This document shows positions 46,801-56,379 of a DNA stretch of 64,000 bases, in pieces; the stretch's first letter is position 1, and every line of letters begins with the position of its first letter. A program made the translations under genes and the position numbers. The stretch spans positions 1 through 64,000 of the forward strand of contig CAWJPJ010000003.1 in the NCBI GenBank assembly GCA_963844715.1. Reading direction: 5' to 3'. This stretch comes from an uncultured Phycisphaerales bacterium. Lineage in GTDB: Bacteria; Planctomycetota; Phycisphaerae; Tepidisphaerales; Tepidisphaeraceae. The notes below the pieces were generated by a model that ran no database searches, had not been told where the DNA came from, and worked only from the letters and a program-made list of their open reading frames with translations.

Positions 46801-47140
46801 ATCCTAATCTTTCTCTTACTCTTAATCCTCTTCATAATCATAATCATAATCTTAATCCTAATCCCATTCTCTGAGTCCCCCCGATCCGCAAATGTTTTCG
46901 ATGCGCGGAAGCGCTTTTGGGCAAAAGGTAACACTTTTGTTGTGAATGGCGGATTGGGCAACCGGGGTGGCTTGCGGGAAATATAATTTACATTGAACAA
47001 ACTCCGGAAGACTCGCGAGCAGCCAGAAGCGACGACTCGCATTTTCTAGCCGCTTGCGACTGGTCCAATCCTAATCTTTCTCTTGCTCTTACTCTTAATC
47101 CTCTTCGTAATCATAGTCTTAATCGTAATCCTAATCTCTG
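46801..47140. repeat. Two related hexamer arrays (TAATCN/CTCTTA) at 46801-46866 and 47067-47140
   Basis: atcctaatctttctctt...actcttaatcctcttc(a/g)taatcata...cttaatc is duplicated; a short array also lies at 45225-45249. Confidence 0.8.
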
Positions 47141-47155
47141 AGATGCCCGCCGTTA

Positions 47156-47446
47156 TCACGCCGCAATTCTGCACACTTTTAGCCTTTTCGCTTTCCGTCG
47201 CGCTTTCCAAAGATCAAACTGCATCTGCTGGCTAAGCCACGACTCCGGGCTGGTGTTGAAGGCGATGGACAGCCGGATCGCCATCTCCGGGCTGATCCCC
47301 GCCCTACCGTTGAGCAATTCCGAGAGGCTTTTGCGACTGACGCCCAGCGCCTTTGCCGCCGCGGTCACCGAAAGCCGAAGCGGCTCCAGACAAAGCGATC
47401 GAATCACTTCGCCGGGATGAGGGGGGTTGTGCATACGCAAGCTCAT
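47156..47446 (-). CDS. higA: HigA antitoxin (Xre-type HTH)
   Basis: [33 protein letters not shown]. Confidence 0.93.
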   Translation of the reverse strand: MSLRMHNPPHPGEVIRSLCLEPLRLSVTAAAKALGVSRKSLSELLNGRAGISPEMAIRLSIAFNTSPESWLSQQMQFDLWKARRKAKRLKVCRIAA

Positions 47447-47455
47447 ATTCCGCTC

Positions 47456-47734
47456 CTAATGGTAATCCACGTGATCGACATCGAACACATCGGGGCCTTC
47501 AAATCGGAAGGTCACCCTCCAATTCCCGCTCACGTCAACCGCAAAATACCCGCTCAAGCCGCCTTTCAAGGGATGCAGCCGAAGTCCCGGCAGCGCCATG
47601 TCCCCCGGCCTCTGCGACACCGAAAGGCGGGCGAGAATCAAACGGAGTTTCTTCGCATGATCGGCCCGGATTCCAGATTTCTTTCCAGAGACAAAGAACT
47701 TTTCCAGCCCTTTGTGTCTGAACGATCGGATCAT
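47456..47734 (-). CDS. higB: HigB toxin (RelE-like plasmid maintenance killer)
   Basis: MIRSFRHKGLEKFF, LHPLKG, VSGNWRVTFRF, DYH. Confidence 0.93.
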   Translation of the reverse strand: MIRSFRHKGLEKFFVSGKKSGIRADHAKKLRLILARLSVSQRPGDMALPGLRLHPLKGGLSGYFAVDVSGNWRVTFRFEGPDVFDVDHVDYH

Positions 47735-47747
47735 CGCACGAACGATT

Positions 47748-47764
47748 GTAACCCGACACGTTAC
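47748..47764. promoter_or_regulatory. Candidate HigA operator palindrome
   Basis: GTAAC-N7-GTTAC directly upstream of higB. Confidence 0.5.
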
Positions 47765-47857
47765 GGGTGTCAACCCGATATATTGGGTGCCGACATTTAG
47801 GGGCTTTCGGTACGGTCATCTTATTATTGTGATCCCCGGAAATTGGTGGCTGTCCCT

Positions 47858-48170
47858 CGTTACTCGAATCCACCGCGAATTGCGACTCAACGGATTTGAG
47901 CGGCTGGCCGCTGCGCTCAATCAAGTCCAGTAGGATGGGATACAGGTCCGGGGATTCCAGATAGTTCAAAACCGAATTGAAGTGCGGAACCTTGTCGATG
48001 AATCCCTTGGCTTGCGCATCGCATAGGTCACTGGTAAAGCGCCGGGCGCTCATCGTGCAGTAGACCTTGAACACGGCGGCGAACACGGCATCCGAAGTGG
48101 ATAACCGGCGCTGGCCACGTCCCGATTGTTCTGGCGTCGGAAGGTTGCCGCAAAGCGCCGCCAGCAACTT
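47858..48170 (-). pseudogene. Truncated DDE transposase fragment
   Basis: SDAVFAAVFKVY..SARRF..PHFNSV..FAVDSS; similarity ends at the first catalytic Asp. Confidence 0.65.
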
Positions 48171-48472
48171 TTGTCCGGTTTCGTCTCCTCTCAGCCTTGG
48201 TGCCGGAGTTTACCCGCCGCGGCGGGTCCCTTCGTCTCTCACCCCCCGGTGACTCAATCCCTCGATTTTTCAAAACGTGACATTTCGAGACATTCTGAGA
48301 CAAGGGCCCCGCGCCACGCCCCCAAAAACCCACTCCGTTTGGCGACCGTGACATCGATGTGACAGCCCCTGTGACACGTAGCCCGAGGCTTAAAGGCCGG
48401 GGATTGGGATGAGGAGGCCGGGCCGAAGGCAACTGGCCTACGGTGAGTTCGTGGAGGGGGGAACTAACCCTT

Positions 48473-48572
48473 GAGCAGTAGAACAGGTGATCAGTAGACC
48501 GGTCGCCGCGGCGACTTCCCAAGACTCTGAGCAGTAGATCAGTAGAACAGTAGACCGGTCGCCGCGGCGACC
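48473..48572. repeat. Duplicated unit with CAGTAGA heptamers and palindrome GTCGCCGCGGCGAC
   Basis: cagtagaccggtcgccgcggcgac occurs twice, each preceded by gagcagtaga. Confidence 0.75.
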
Positions 48573-48592
48573 TCTGTTGGCCTGCTGGCCAA

Positions 48593-48650
48593 CGGAGAGG
48601 GGGAGATTCGAACTCCCGCTACCCTTTCGGGCAGACCGGTTTTCGAAACC
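48593..48650 (-). pseudogene. 3' half of tRNA-Ser(CGA), att-like remnant
   Basis: Reverse complement GGTTTCGAAAACCGGTCTGCCCGAAAGGGTAGCGGGAGTTCGAATCTCCCCCTCTCCG: anticodon arm, long variable arm and T arm present; D arm and 5' acceptor strand absent. Confidence 0.85.
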
Positions 48651-48880
48651 AACCTGACGCCGACACAAGCAATGATACAGGAGCAAGTTGCGATCCGGCA
48701 ACAACTGGCTTGCCTGCGAGCTTGCGCACAGCATTGGAACACTACCCGGAATTGTGCAAGCTCATCGAATCGTGGCCGCACCTTCCGTCGCCTATGCGGA
48801 TTGGGATCATTGCCATGGTGGAAAGTAGCGACAAAGACCGATGAACAATGTCCGATAATTCATTTCATTAAAATGGCCTA

Positions 48881-48974
48881 TTTCAACGTTCGTTGAAACG
48901 CTCAATTCAGTGTTGACGATAGCCGATTTCATCCATAGGATATCTTTCAACGGATGTCGAAAATGAGCGTTTCA
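48881..48974 (+). promoter_or_regulatory. Promoter and inverted-repeat operators of the AbiE-like operon
   Basis: TTTCAACG-TT-CGTTGAAA (48881-48898); TTGACG-17-TAGGAT (48913-48941); TGAAACGCTCA/TGAGCGTTTCA IR pair. Confidence 0.65.
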
Positions 48975-50036
48975 GTGAAATCACGAACCGAAAGATCATT
49001 GCTTCGGCAGGCCGAAGCCGCAATCCGTACATGCTTGGCCGACATTCCCTTTAGCAAGATTGATGAGGTCGTTGTCGAACGCGGAACTGACGAGGGCCGC
49101 CGTGACCTTGAAATTTCCGCCCGCTTCGGAAAGCTCCGTAAGCGGCTCATCGTCGAAGCAAAGAGCAGTGGTCAACCGCGCATTGCCCGCCAGGCCGCTA
49201 CGAATTTACGGCTGCTACGCCAATCCTCTCCATCCATCTACGGTATTTTCGCCGCGCCGTTCATAACTCCTGAAACCGGTGAGCAACTTGCCGAGCAAAA
49301 CATCGGCTACGTTGATTTTGCGGGCAACTGTCGGCTCTGTTTCGATTCCGTTTACATTCGCCGCGAGGGACAAGCGAATCGTTTCACCGAGAAGCGGGAT
49401 CTGCGTACATTATATTCACCGTGCGCTGAAAGCGTATTGCGTGTGCTGCTGGGCGATCCCAAGCGCTTTTGGAAGGTTCAGGAATTGGCCACCGCCGCCG
49501 GCGTCAGCTTGGGGTTGGTCTCAAACGTCAAAGGTTTGCTGGAGGCGCGCGAATGGCTGGCGTCCGGCGAGGGCGGCATGAAGCTTGCCCAATCTCGAAA
49601 GCTTCTCGACGAATGGCGTGGCGTCTATCGGCTCGACCGAAGCCGCCGATTCGATTTCTTCACCTTGGATTCAATCGCCACTATCGAGCAAAAGCTCGCC
49701 GCCGCCTGCAAGCGGCAATCGGCCCGCTATGCGCTGGCGGCATTCTCGGCGGCGGCGCGATACGCACCGGCTGTCCGTTACCAGCGAGTTTTTGCCTACG
49801 TCGATGCTGACGTCGACGCCCTTGCCAAAGCGCTGTCTCTCAAGCCGGTGGACAGTGGTGCCAATGTGACGTTGATGGAACCGTATGACCAGGGCGTATA
49901 TCTGGACAGGCGGGAGATCGAGGGCTGTACGATTACTTCACCGCCACAAACCTATTTGGACCTTTTCAGCCTGCGCGGCCGCGGCGAGGAAGCCGCTGAT
50001 TTCCTGTTGAATAACGTCATGGAGCCAGCATGGTAG
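48954..50036 (+). CDS. Type IV toxin-antitoxin AbiEi-family antitoxin (PD-(D/E)XK-like N-terminus, wHTH, AbiEi C-terminus)
   Basis: IVEAKS, APFI..GYVDFAGNC, QELATAAGVSLGLVS, QTYLDL...RGEEAA. Confidence 0.8.
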   Translation: MSKMSVSVKSRTERSLLRQAEAAIRTCLADIPFSKIDEVVVERGTDEGRRDLEISARFGKLRKRLIVEAKSSGQPRIARQAATNLRLLRQSSPSIYGIFAAPFITPETGEQLAEQNIGYVDFAGNCRLCFDSVYIRREGQANRFTEKRDLRTLYSPCAESVLRVLLGDPKRFWKVQELATAAGVSLGLVSNVKGLLEAREWLASGEGGMKLAQSRKLLDEWRGVYRLDRSRRFDFFTLDSIATIEQKLAAACKRQSARYALAAFSAAARYAPAVRYQRVFAYVDADVDALAKALSLKPVDSGANVTLMEPYDQGVYLDRREIEGCTITSPPQTYLDLFSLRGRGEEAADFLLNNVMEPAW

Positions 50037-50857
50037 GCAGCCGCATCGACTATCCCGATCTGGCCACGGAAGCCGCCCGCATGGTGATGCTGGAATTGGT
50101 GCGCATCCTGGGCGAATACAAGGATTCCATGGCCATCGTCGGCGGTTGGGTGCCGGAACTACTGTTTGCGAACGCCCAGCCCAAACACATCGGCAGCATC
50201 GACGTGGATATCGCGCTCGATCATCGCACGATCGATGCCGAGGTATACCGGACGATCCGCGAACACCTGGCCAGACATGGTTATGAAGAAGGGCCACAGC
50301 CGTTCATCTTCTTTCGCACCGTGACCGTCGGCAGCCAAGCGATCAAAGTGCAGGTGGATTTCCTGGCGGGCGAATACCAGGGCACAGGCAAAAGCCACCG
50401 CCATCAAACTGTGCAAACTTTGAAGGCCCGCAAGGCGCGCGGCAGCGACCTCGTATTCAAGATGTCCGAGCAGGTCAGAATAGAAGGCCACCTTCCCAGC
50501 GGTGCTGCCGATTCAGCCATGGTCAAAGTCGCTGGCATCGTCCCATTCATCGTGATGAAGGCAATGGCGCTGGCAGACCGCCTCAAGGCCAAGGATGCGT
50601 GGGATCTATGGTTCTGCCTGACAAACTTCGCCGGCGGCAATGCGGCGCTGGCCCTCGCATTCCAGCCCCACCTCCACAATAAGCTGGTGCAAGAAGCTCT
50701 GACAAAGATCGCAGACAAATTCCAATCGCCCGCCCATTTCGGCCCCCAAGCCGTGGCGGATTTCGACGACCTCCCGCCAGGCGACGACCGCGATCTGCGA
50801 ATCCGAGATGCGTTTGAGCGGGTCGATGATTTGCTCCGCAGGCTTGAGGTTCGGTAG
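50030..50857 (+). CDS. AbiEii-like nucleotidyltransferase (putative toxin)
   Basis: IVGGW, HIGSIDVD, K..A..DR.K.KDAWD; overlaps the antitoxin stop. Confidence 0.75.
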   Translation: MVGSRIDYPDLATEAARMVMLELVRILGEYKDSMAIVGGWVPELLFANAQPKHIGSIDVDIALDHRTIDAEVYRTIREHLARHGYEEGPQPFIFFRTVTVGSQAIKVQVDFLAGEYQGTGKSHRHQTVQTLKARKARGSDLVFKMSEQVRIEGHLPSGAADSAMVKVAGIVPFIVMKAMALADRLKAKDAWDLWFCLTNFAGGNAALALAFQPHLHNKLVQEALTKIADKFQSPAHFGPQAVADFDDLPPGDDRDLRIRDAFERVDDLLRRLEVR

Positions 50858-50972
50858 TCGGCGGTGATTGCGAGCAACGCGGCATTTTCATGCCCACAAC
50901 GCGACCAAATGCGCCGCTTCTCGATGACGGGATGCTTGCCCCAGAACTCGAAAAAGCCGCAAGCCGCTCGAA

Positions 50973-51176
50973 TCACGCCAGCGCTAGCCGAGTTGCTTCA
51001 TCTATGGCTTTTTCACGAGTTGGAGATATTCCACTTCCTCGCACCGCCCCATTCTTATCAACCAATCGCCAACCATATTCGTCGGGCGCGAAGTATGTCT
51101 TGCCATCAAACCACGGCCCGCCAGCAGGGGTGAGATCGATACAAGACCCACTATCAAGTTTGAGTGTTTCCGTCAT
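50973..51176 (-). CDS. Small hypothetical protein
   Basis: 67-aa ORF starting 3 bp downstream of the 51180-51401 ORF. Confidence 0.5.
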   Translation of the reverse strand: MTETLKLDSGSCIDLTPAGGPWFDGKTYFAPDEYGWRLVDKNGAVRGSGISPTREKAIDEATRLALA

Positions 51177-51179
51177 AGC

Positions 51180-51401
51180 TTACCGTGCCTTGCGGACCAG
51201 TCGGCCCGCTTTACGGGCGTTTGCCAGCGCGCGCCAAAATTCGTGCCGCGATATTTGGCGCTCCGATCGTGTCACAAATTCGCTGTAGAGCTGCTCGAAT
51301 TCGGCAGTGTACGGAAGGTCATCGAGAGTCCTGGGACTTCTGGCGTATAGCTCGCCGACAAGCGATGTATGACCACGACTCACATTTGAATTTGTTCCCA
51401 C
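51180..51401 (-). CDS. Small basic hypothetical protein (LDDLPYT..FE motif)
   Basis: RBS GAGG upstream; predicted helical 73-aa protein. Confidence 0.6.
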   Translation of the reverse strand: MGTNSNVSRGHTSLVGELYARSPRTLDDLPYTAEFEQLYSEFVTRSERQISRHEFWRALANARKAGRLVRKAR

Positions 51402-51553
51402 CTCAATTTTATCGCCAGTCTAAACGGGTGACTTTGGAGGTTCTCGGGTATTCAGCCACTGCCTCACCATTCCGCAAATGATAGTTACCGCCAAACTGAT
51501 ATATTCGCAGTTGACTATCATTTATGGGATTGATACAGTTAATGAGGTAATAA

Positions 51554-52050
51554 TGGAATGCCAAATTAAGCCGGATTCCAACGCCAAGCCGCAATTCACT
51601 CAGGCCAATTCCGCCGCTGTCTCTGCTTGCGGCGGATTCACGTTCAACCTCAGCAGCGCCAAATTTGACGACATTGGCAACGGCCTCCTGTCCCCGGCTG
51701 GATCGGATTTTGATTACACCTCCGGCAATCTGTCACCCCGCGTCCTGCAGGCCTTGCTGACCCAATCGAGCGATGTAACCTCGGACTGGAGAAGCAGCAA
51801 TCCCGCGGATGATTTGTTGATCGATTCCGGCCCCACGAGCGGCGAGCCGTTTGCTGGCGCTGCCCTGAAGAAATCCCCCGAAGGTGTTTCCAGCGAAGTC
51901 TCTCTCCCCGCGGCGTCCTGGCAGAGCCTGCCCCTTTTGGTGCTCATCGCCGTCCTTCCCGCCGCGCAAAAAAGTTGGCCAAATCACGCTCCCGGGCTTA
52001 ATCGCAACCCCGATTTACGACGTGGCATTATTTCTCCGTACCCGCTATGA
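51554..52050 (+). CDS. Hypothetical protein with a degenerate VPLPA-CTERM-like tail
   Basis: RBS GAGG; tail VSLPAASWQSLPLLVLIAV. Confidence 0.4.
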
Positions 52051-52060
52051 AAGACGGGGA

Positions 52061-52630
52061 ATGCACCGGCGCTTGTCTAAAAATTTATTGCTGCTGTTCG
52101 TCGCGTTGGCCATGACCGGTTGCGCCTCCACCCCCAAAGCGCCTTCCGAAAATGGCGGAATGTTCCGCCGGCGGAATGAAGGCTACAGCCTGCTCTATAA
52201 ACTGATGAGCGATGAGAGCCAGGTCAGTGGGATATTCATTTTGAAACATGCGGATGATTCGGTAGGCAATGTCGTGAGGGACGTCGCCCATTTCTGTCAG
52301 TACGCCAAGACCCAGATGGACGGGTTTCCCAACACTGACAACCGCATCGAATACGATGTGCCTGATTTACCCAGGATGGAACAGGATTCCCGCGACCTGA
52401 CCGCCAAGGAAGTTGAACACGAACTGCTCGGCTCGAGCGGAAAAGAATTCGAGCTGAATCTGATATTCACGCAGGCCCAGGCGATGGAATATGCCGTGCA
52501 GTTAGCCACGGCCCTCCAGCCCATCGAGGACGATCCGGTCCGCCATAATTTCCTGGTCTACGTCTGCGCAACAATGCGACGAACTTCACAGCCGGCTTAT
52601 GGCATTGCTCGAAGTGAAACCTTAAATTGA
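52061..52630 (+). CDS. Hypothetical lipoprotein
   Basis: MHRRLSKNLLLLFVALAMTGC lipobox; helical body. Confidence 0.7.
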   Translation: MHRRLSKNLLLLFVALAMTGCASTPKAPSENGGMFRRRNEGYSLLYKLMSDESQVSGIFILKHADDSVGNVVRDVAHFCQYAKTQMDGFPNTDNRIEYDVPDLPRMEQDSRDLTAKEVEHELLGSSGKEFELNLIFTQAQAMEYAVQLATALQPIEDDPVRHNFLVYVCATMRRTSQPAYGIARSETLN

Positions 52631-52667
52631 CTACCCCCTTGGGCGCGTTAAGATTCCCGCTACGATC

Positions 52668-52740
<73 letters not shown>

Positions 52741-52783
52741 TTGAAATCTAAGTTCGGCCAAGCTACCCCACCATCCAAAACGA

Positions 52784-53800
52784 TCAATAAGTTTCATAGG
52801 TGAGGGTCGGATTCGCGCGAAAGACGCGATGGATCAGAGCTGTGTAGGCGATGACCAATGGCATGCCGAGCAAGGCTATTACCAGCATCACTTCCAGTGT
52901 CCGACTACTGGAGGAACTGTTGTAAATCGTGAGGCTGGCGCTTGGGTCATTCAGGCAGGGAAGAAGGCGGGGGAACAGCCCAATGGCGGCGAGGGTCATC
53001 ATCAGGCAGATGAGCGCTGAAGAAGCTGCAAACGTCCGGCCGTAATGACCGGATTTTAAACCGATCGGAATATAGACCGCGGCGCCGATGAGAAGAAGAC
53101 CGACAGGCCAGGTCAGCGGCCTTGTGTAGATCGACTGGGTCAGGGATGGCGCCCATATCAAGGTAGCGCAGGTGACTACCAGAAACATAAATATGGCGAC
53201 GGCCCAGGAGGAAATTGCCATAGCCGCCAGCCCGAATCGGGCCTGTTCATCGACTTTTCCGGCCAGATAAATCGCGCCGTGCATGAAGAAGATGGATACG
53301 CCGAGTATGCCAACGAGGAGCGCATAAGGATTGAGAAGATCGAAAAACGAACCCGCGTAGGATCCATCGGTGGTGAAGGCCACGCCGCGGAGAACATTCC
53401 CGAACGCCACGCCGAATAGCAAAGCCAGAAGAAAACTGCTGGTTCCGAAGGCGGTATCCCAGATTGTTCGCCAGCGCGGGCGATCGACCAATCCGCGGAA
53501 TTCGATTGAGACGGCGCGAAATATCAGCGCGGCCAGCACGAGCATCAGCGCGAGATAAAATCCGCTGAAGACGGTTGCGTAGACGATGGGGAATGCGGCA
53601 AAGAGCGCGCCGCCGGCGGTCAGGAGCCAGACTTCGTTGCCGTCCCAAACCGGGGCGATGGCGTTGATGAAACTTTTGCGGGTCTTGTCATCGCCATGCA
53701 GCAGATGGAGCATGCCGACGCCCAGATCGAATCCATCCAGTACGGCATATCCGCCCAGAAGAACGAAGACAAGAACAAACCAAATGGCGTTGAGGGTCAT
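52784..53800 (-). CDS. cydB: Cytochrome bd oxidase subunit II
   Basis: LDGFDLGVG, PVWDGNEVWL, GGALFAAFP, SLTIYNSSSS. Confidence 0.96.
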   Translation of the reverse strand: MTLNAIWFVLVFVLLGGYAVLDGFDLGVGMLHLLHGDDKTRKSFINAIAPVWDGNEVWLLTAGGALFAAFPIVYATVFSGFYLALMLVLAALIFRAVSIEFRGLVDRPRWRTIWDTAFGTSSFLLALLFGVAFGNVLRGVAFTTDGSYAGSFFDLLNPYALLVGILGVSIFFMHGAIYLAGKVDEQARFGLAAMAISSWAVAIFMFLVVTCATLIWAPSLTQSIYTRPLTWPVGLLLIGAAVYIPIGLKSGHYGRTFAASSALICLMMTLAAIGLFPRLLPCLNDPSASLTIYNSSSSSRTLEVMLVIALLGMPLVIAYTALIHRVFRANPTLTYETY

Positions 53801-55185
53801 GCGCGCACCAGATTCCTTTCATCAGAGCCGGTGGCGCTGGGAACGGTCGAGCGAATTTTGCCGGCCGCCATGTCCGGGCCCTCGCGAATTTTTCTGACCA
53901 ACAAAAATACATAGAGCGTTCCCAGGATCAGGTAGATAACGCTGAACAATATGATGGAAAAGAGCACCACTGCGGCCGAGAGGTTTGAGGAATAGGCATC
54001 GGCGGTGCGGAACACGCCATAAACGGCCCAGGGTTGGCGACCGATTTCAGCGGCCATCCAGCCGAGCTCGCAAGCCGCAAGCGGGAGAGGGATCGAAATC
54101 ACCAGGAGCCGAAGGAATCGAGGGCTGTCGAACAGCCTCCCGCGCGCCAGTTTAATCGTGCCCCACACCATCACGACGATAAAATAGAGCCCCAAAACCA
54201 CCATATTGTGGAACGAAACGAAAGTCATCCAAAGAGGAGGAATATCAGCGGCGGGAAATTCGTTGATGCCTTTGATCTTGGCGTTAACGTTGCCGAAGGC
54301 CATCCAACTCAATAGCCCCGGCACCTCGGCGGTGTCCTTGAGCGTTGGAGGCTTGGTGAAGGGAACGGCAAACATGACCAGCGGCGCGGCGTTTTGACTG
54401 GTGTAAAGTCCTTCAATTGCCGCGAATTTGGCCGGCTGGGTGTGTGCGACCTGCTTGGCGTGCATGTGTCCGAACGGAAAGACCTCCATCACGCTGACGA
54501 TGACTCCGAAAGTAATCGCCAGCTTGAGCGTATAGCGTCCGACCACATTAGCGCGATCTTTCAGCAATACCGCCGCCGAAACCCCGGCCATGAAAAACGC
54601 TCCCGTAACGAAGGCGGCGAACATCGTGTGAAAGAAGCGGGGCCACATTGAAGGGTTGAACACGGCCGCATAAAAGCTGGTCAGCTCGGCGCGCCCGTTG
54701 TGGATGACGTAACCAGCCGGGGTCTGCATCCAGGAGTTGGCCGCCAAAATCCAGAACGCCGAAAGCGTTGATCCGAACGCGACCATCAGGATCGCCACGA
54801 AATGCCATTTCTTGGCGATTCGGTCGCGGCCGAACAGATAAAGTCCCAAAAATCCACTTTCGAGAAAGAAGGCGAAGACTCCCTCGGCGGCAAGCGGCGC
54901 CCCGAAGATATCGCCCACGAATTTGGAATATCGCGACCAGTTGGTCCCAAACTGAAATTCCATTGGAATGCCGGTTGCGACGCCGACAACGAAAGTCAGC
55001 GCCAGCAGCTTTCCGAAGAAGCGTCCCGCCGCGTCGGCGACCGGGTCGTTGCGTCTCCAGGCGCGCCATTCCACGATCACCAGCAGCCACGCCAACCCGA
55101 TGCTGATGGGCGGAAAAAGGAAATGGAATGCGGCGGTCAGGGCGAATTGAATTCTGCAGAGCGTTCCGACATCCAACCCATTCAT
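53797..55185 (-). CDS. cydA: Cytochrome bd oxidase subunit I (short Q-loop type)
   Basis: QFALTAAFHFLF, EFQFGTNW, ANSWMQTP, QPAKFAAIEG, FHNMV, AEIGRQPW. Confidence 0.97.
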   Translation of the reverse strand: MNGLDVGTLCRIQFALTAAFHFLFPPISIGLAWLLVIVEWRAWRRNDPVADAAGRFFGKLLALTFVVGVATGIPMEFQFGTNWSRYSKFVGDIFGAPLAAEGVFAFFLESGFLGLYLFGRDRIAKKWHFVAILMVAFGSTLSAFWILAANSWMQTPAGYVIHNGRAELTSFYAAVFNPSMWPRFFHTMFAAFVTGAFFMAGVSAAVLLKDRANVVGRYTLKLAITFGVIVSVMEVFPFGHMHAKQVAHTQPAKFAAIEGLYTSQNAAPLVMFAVPFTKPPTLKDTAEVPGLLSWMAFGNVNAKIKGINEFPAADIPPLWMTFVSFHNMVVLGLYFIVVMVWGTIKLARGRLFDSPRFLRLLVISIPLPLAACELGWMAAEIGRQPWAVYGVFRTADAYSSNLSAAVVLFSIILFSVIYLILGTLYVFLLVRKIREGPDMAAGKIRSTVPSATGSDERNLVRA

Positions 55186-55646
55186 TGTTCAGTTCCTTTA
55201 TTAATTTCCGGAATTCCCATGAACGCCCAGTTGTCCTAGCGCAAATGACCGAACGCGCGCAATCAGACTGTGGAGTTGCGATTGGCCCCGGATTGGAAAG
55301 CGAGACGATATGCTCGCAGATCGCCAATGCTTCGGAAATCAGGTGCAAATTGGGTATGGATATTGGCGTGGATTGGTCATGAGAAGTCTCCGCCGCCGAG
55401 TCGCAAAGCATCTTGAGAACAAATTCCTCATATCCGGCGGGGGGCTTGGCGTGGTGCCGTTCTAGAAACCGGCCCAATCGCGGCAGTTGACGGAACAGCG
55501 CAGGCGCCTTCGCACGAGTGCGGCGCGATATACTGAAATGGATCGCCGGACGATGAGACGGGACGGCATTGCGAGCAAACCTGTGCCCGCAAGCCCAGTT
55601 TCATCCATCCCGTTGAAAACGATTTGTTCACGATAGTCGCCTTCAC
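55182..55646 (-). CDS. Cys-rich hypothetical protein (probably two frameshifts)
   Basis: MKATIV..CSQC..CEGAC, then LFRQLPRLGRFLE..LC..IC..CARSVIC; a third frame ends EINKGTEQ* with an ATGA overlap on cydA. Confidence 0.55.
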
Positions 55647-55658
55647 TCGTTTGGGTCA

Positions 55659-56372
55659 CTATCCGATAAACTGTTCCGTTGATTCGTCACGAGAATCGCC
55701 TCGTGGCCTGATCTGCGCCTTGGCGGTGCGCATGTGGTCAAGCCAGTCGAGCCAGAAGTGGATGCCCGCCCCGGTCGTTGATGAAATTTCGAAAACATCC
55801 GCGGAGGGATTGAATCCGCGAACATCCCTGCGGAAGATTTCCTGGTCGAATCTGACCAGGGGGAACAAATCAATTTTCGTCAGAAGAATCGCCGAGGCGC
55901 TGCTCAGGAGCGTGTGGTATTCGGCGGCCTTATCGTCGCCGCCGCTGACGGCAAAGACGGCGGCTGTCGCGTCCTGGCCCAGATCCAGCAGGTTGGCCAA
56001 ACCTCCGGCGGCCTCGATCAAAAGGGTGTCGAAATCTTGCAGCTTGAGTTCGGACAGAGCGCGCCAGATGGAAGCGGCGTCGGGAACGGCGGCGTCGACG
56101 TGCGCGACATGGCCGCAGAGTTTCTGCAACCGCGCGGCGTCGCGATCCGAAGCGGGGTTGACCACGATTACCGCCACCCGCTTGGGCGCCGGCAGGCTGT
56201 TCAAGGCCGCCTCAATCAGCGCCGTTTTGCCGGAGCCGGGATGTCCGATGATGCGGATTCCCAGGACGTTTGCCTGTTTCAATGCTTTGCGAATCAGCGC
56301 GGCGGGCGGGGGTCGGCCGACGTTTCGTTCTTCCGCGGCGCTGCCGACTTTGCTTTGAGTGAATTGCGTCAT
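55659..56372 (-). CDS. HypB-like G3E/SIMIBI GTPase, paralog 2, lacking metal ligands
   Basis: GHPGSGKT, LLIE, DLGQ, GGDDK..Y, TKIDL, SSTTGAG. Confidence 0.85.
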   Translation of the reverse strand: MTQFTQSKVGSAAEERNVGRPPPAALIRKALKQANVLGIRIIGHPGSGKTALIEAALNSLPAPKRVAVIVVNPASDRDAARLQKLCGHVAHVDAAVPDAASIWRALSELKLQDFDTLLIEAAGGLANLLDLGQDATAAVFAVSGGDDKAAEYHTLLSSASAILLTKIDLFPLVRFDQEIFRRDVRGFNPSADVFEISSTTGAGIHFWLDWLDHMRTAKAQIRPRGDSRDESTEQFIG

Positions 56373-56379
56373 GGTGCAC

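Noticed and set aside
46801..47140. Possible CRISPR array
   Set aside because: Only two diverged low-complexity copies, no regular unique spacers and no cas genes.
48473..48572. Possible mini-CRISPR of two 24-bp repeats
   Set aside because: Only two copies, and the sequence between them is itself built from CAGTAGA repeats.
48593..48680. Intact or intron-split tRNA-Ser
   Set aside because: No D arm or 5' acceptor strand (GGAGAGG) was found upstream on the minus strand.
54548..55477. 309-aa ORF overlapping cydA
   Set aside because: Only its first ~90 codons look like part of the frameshifted Cys-rich gene; the rest is an out-of-frame read over cydA.
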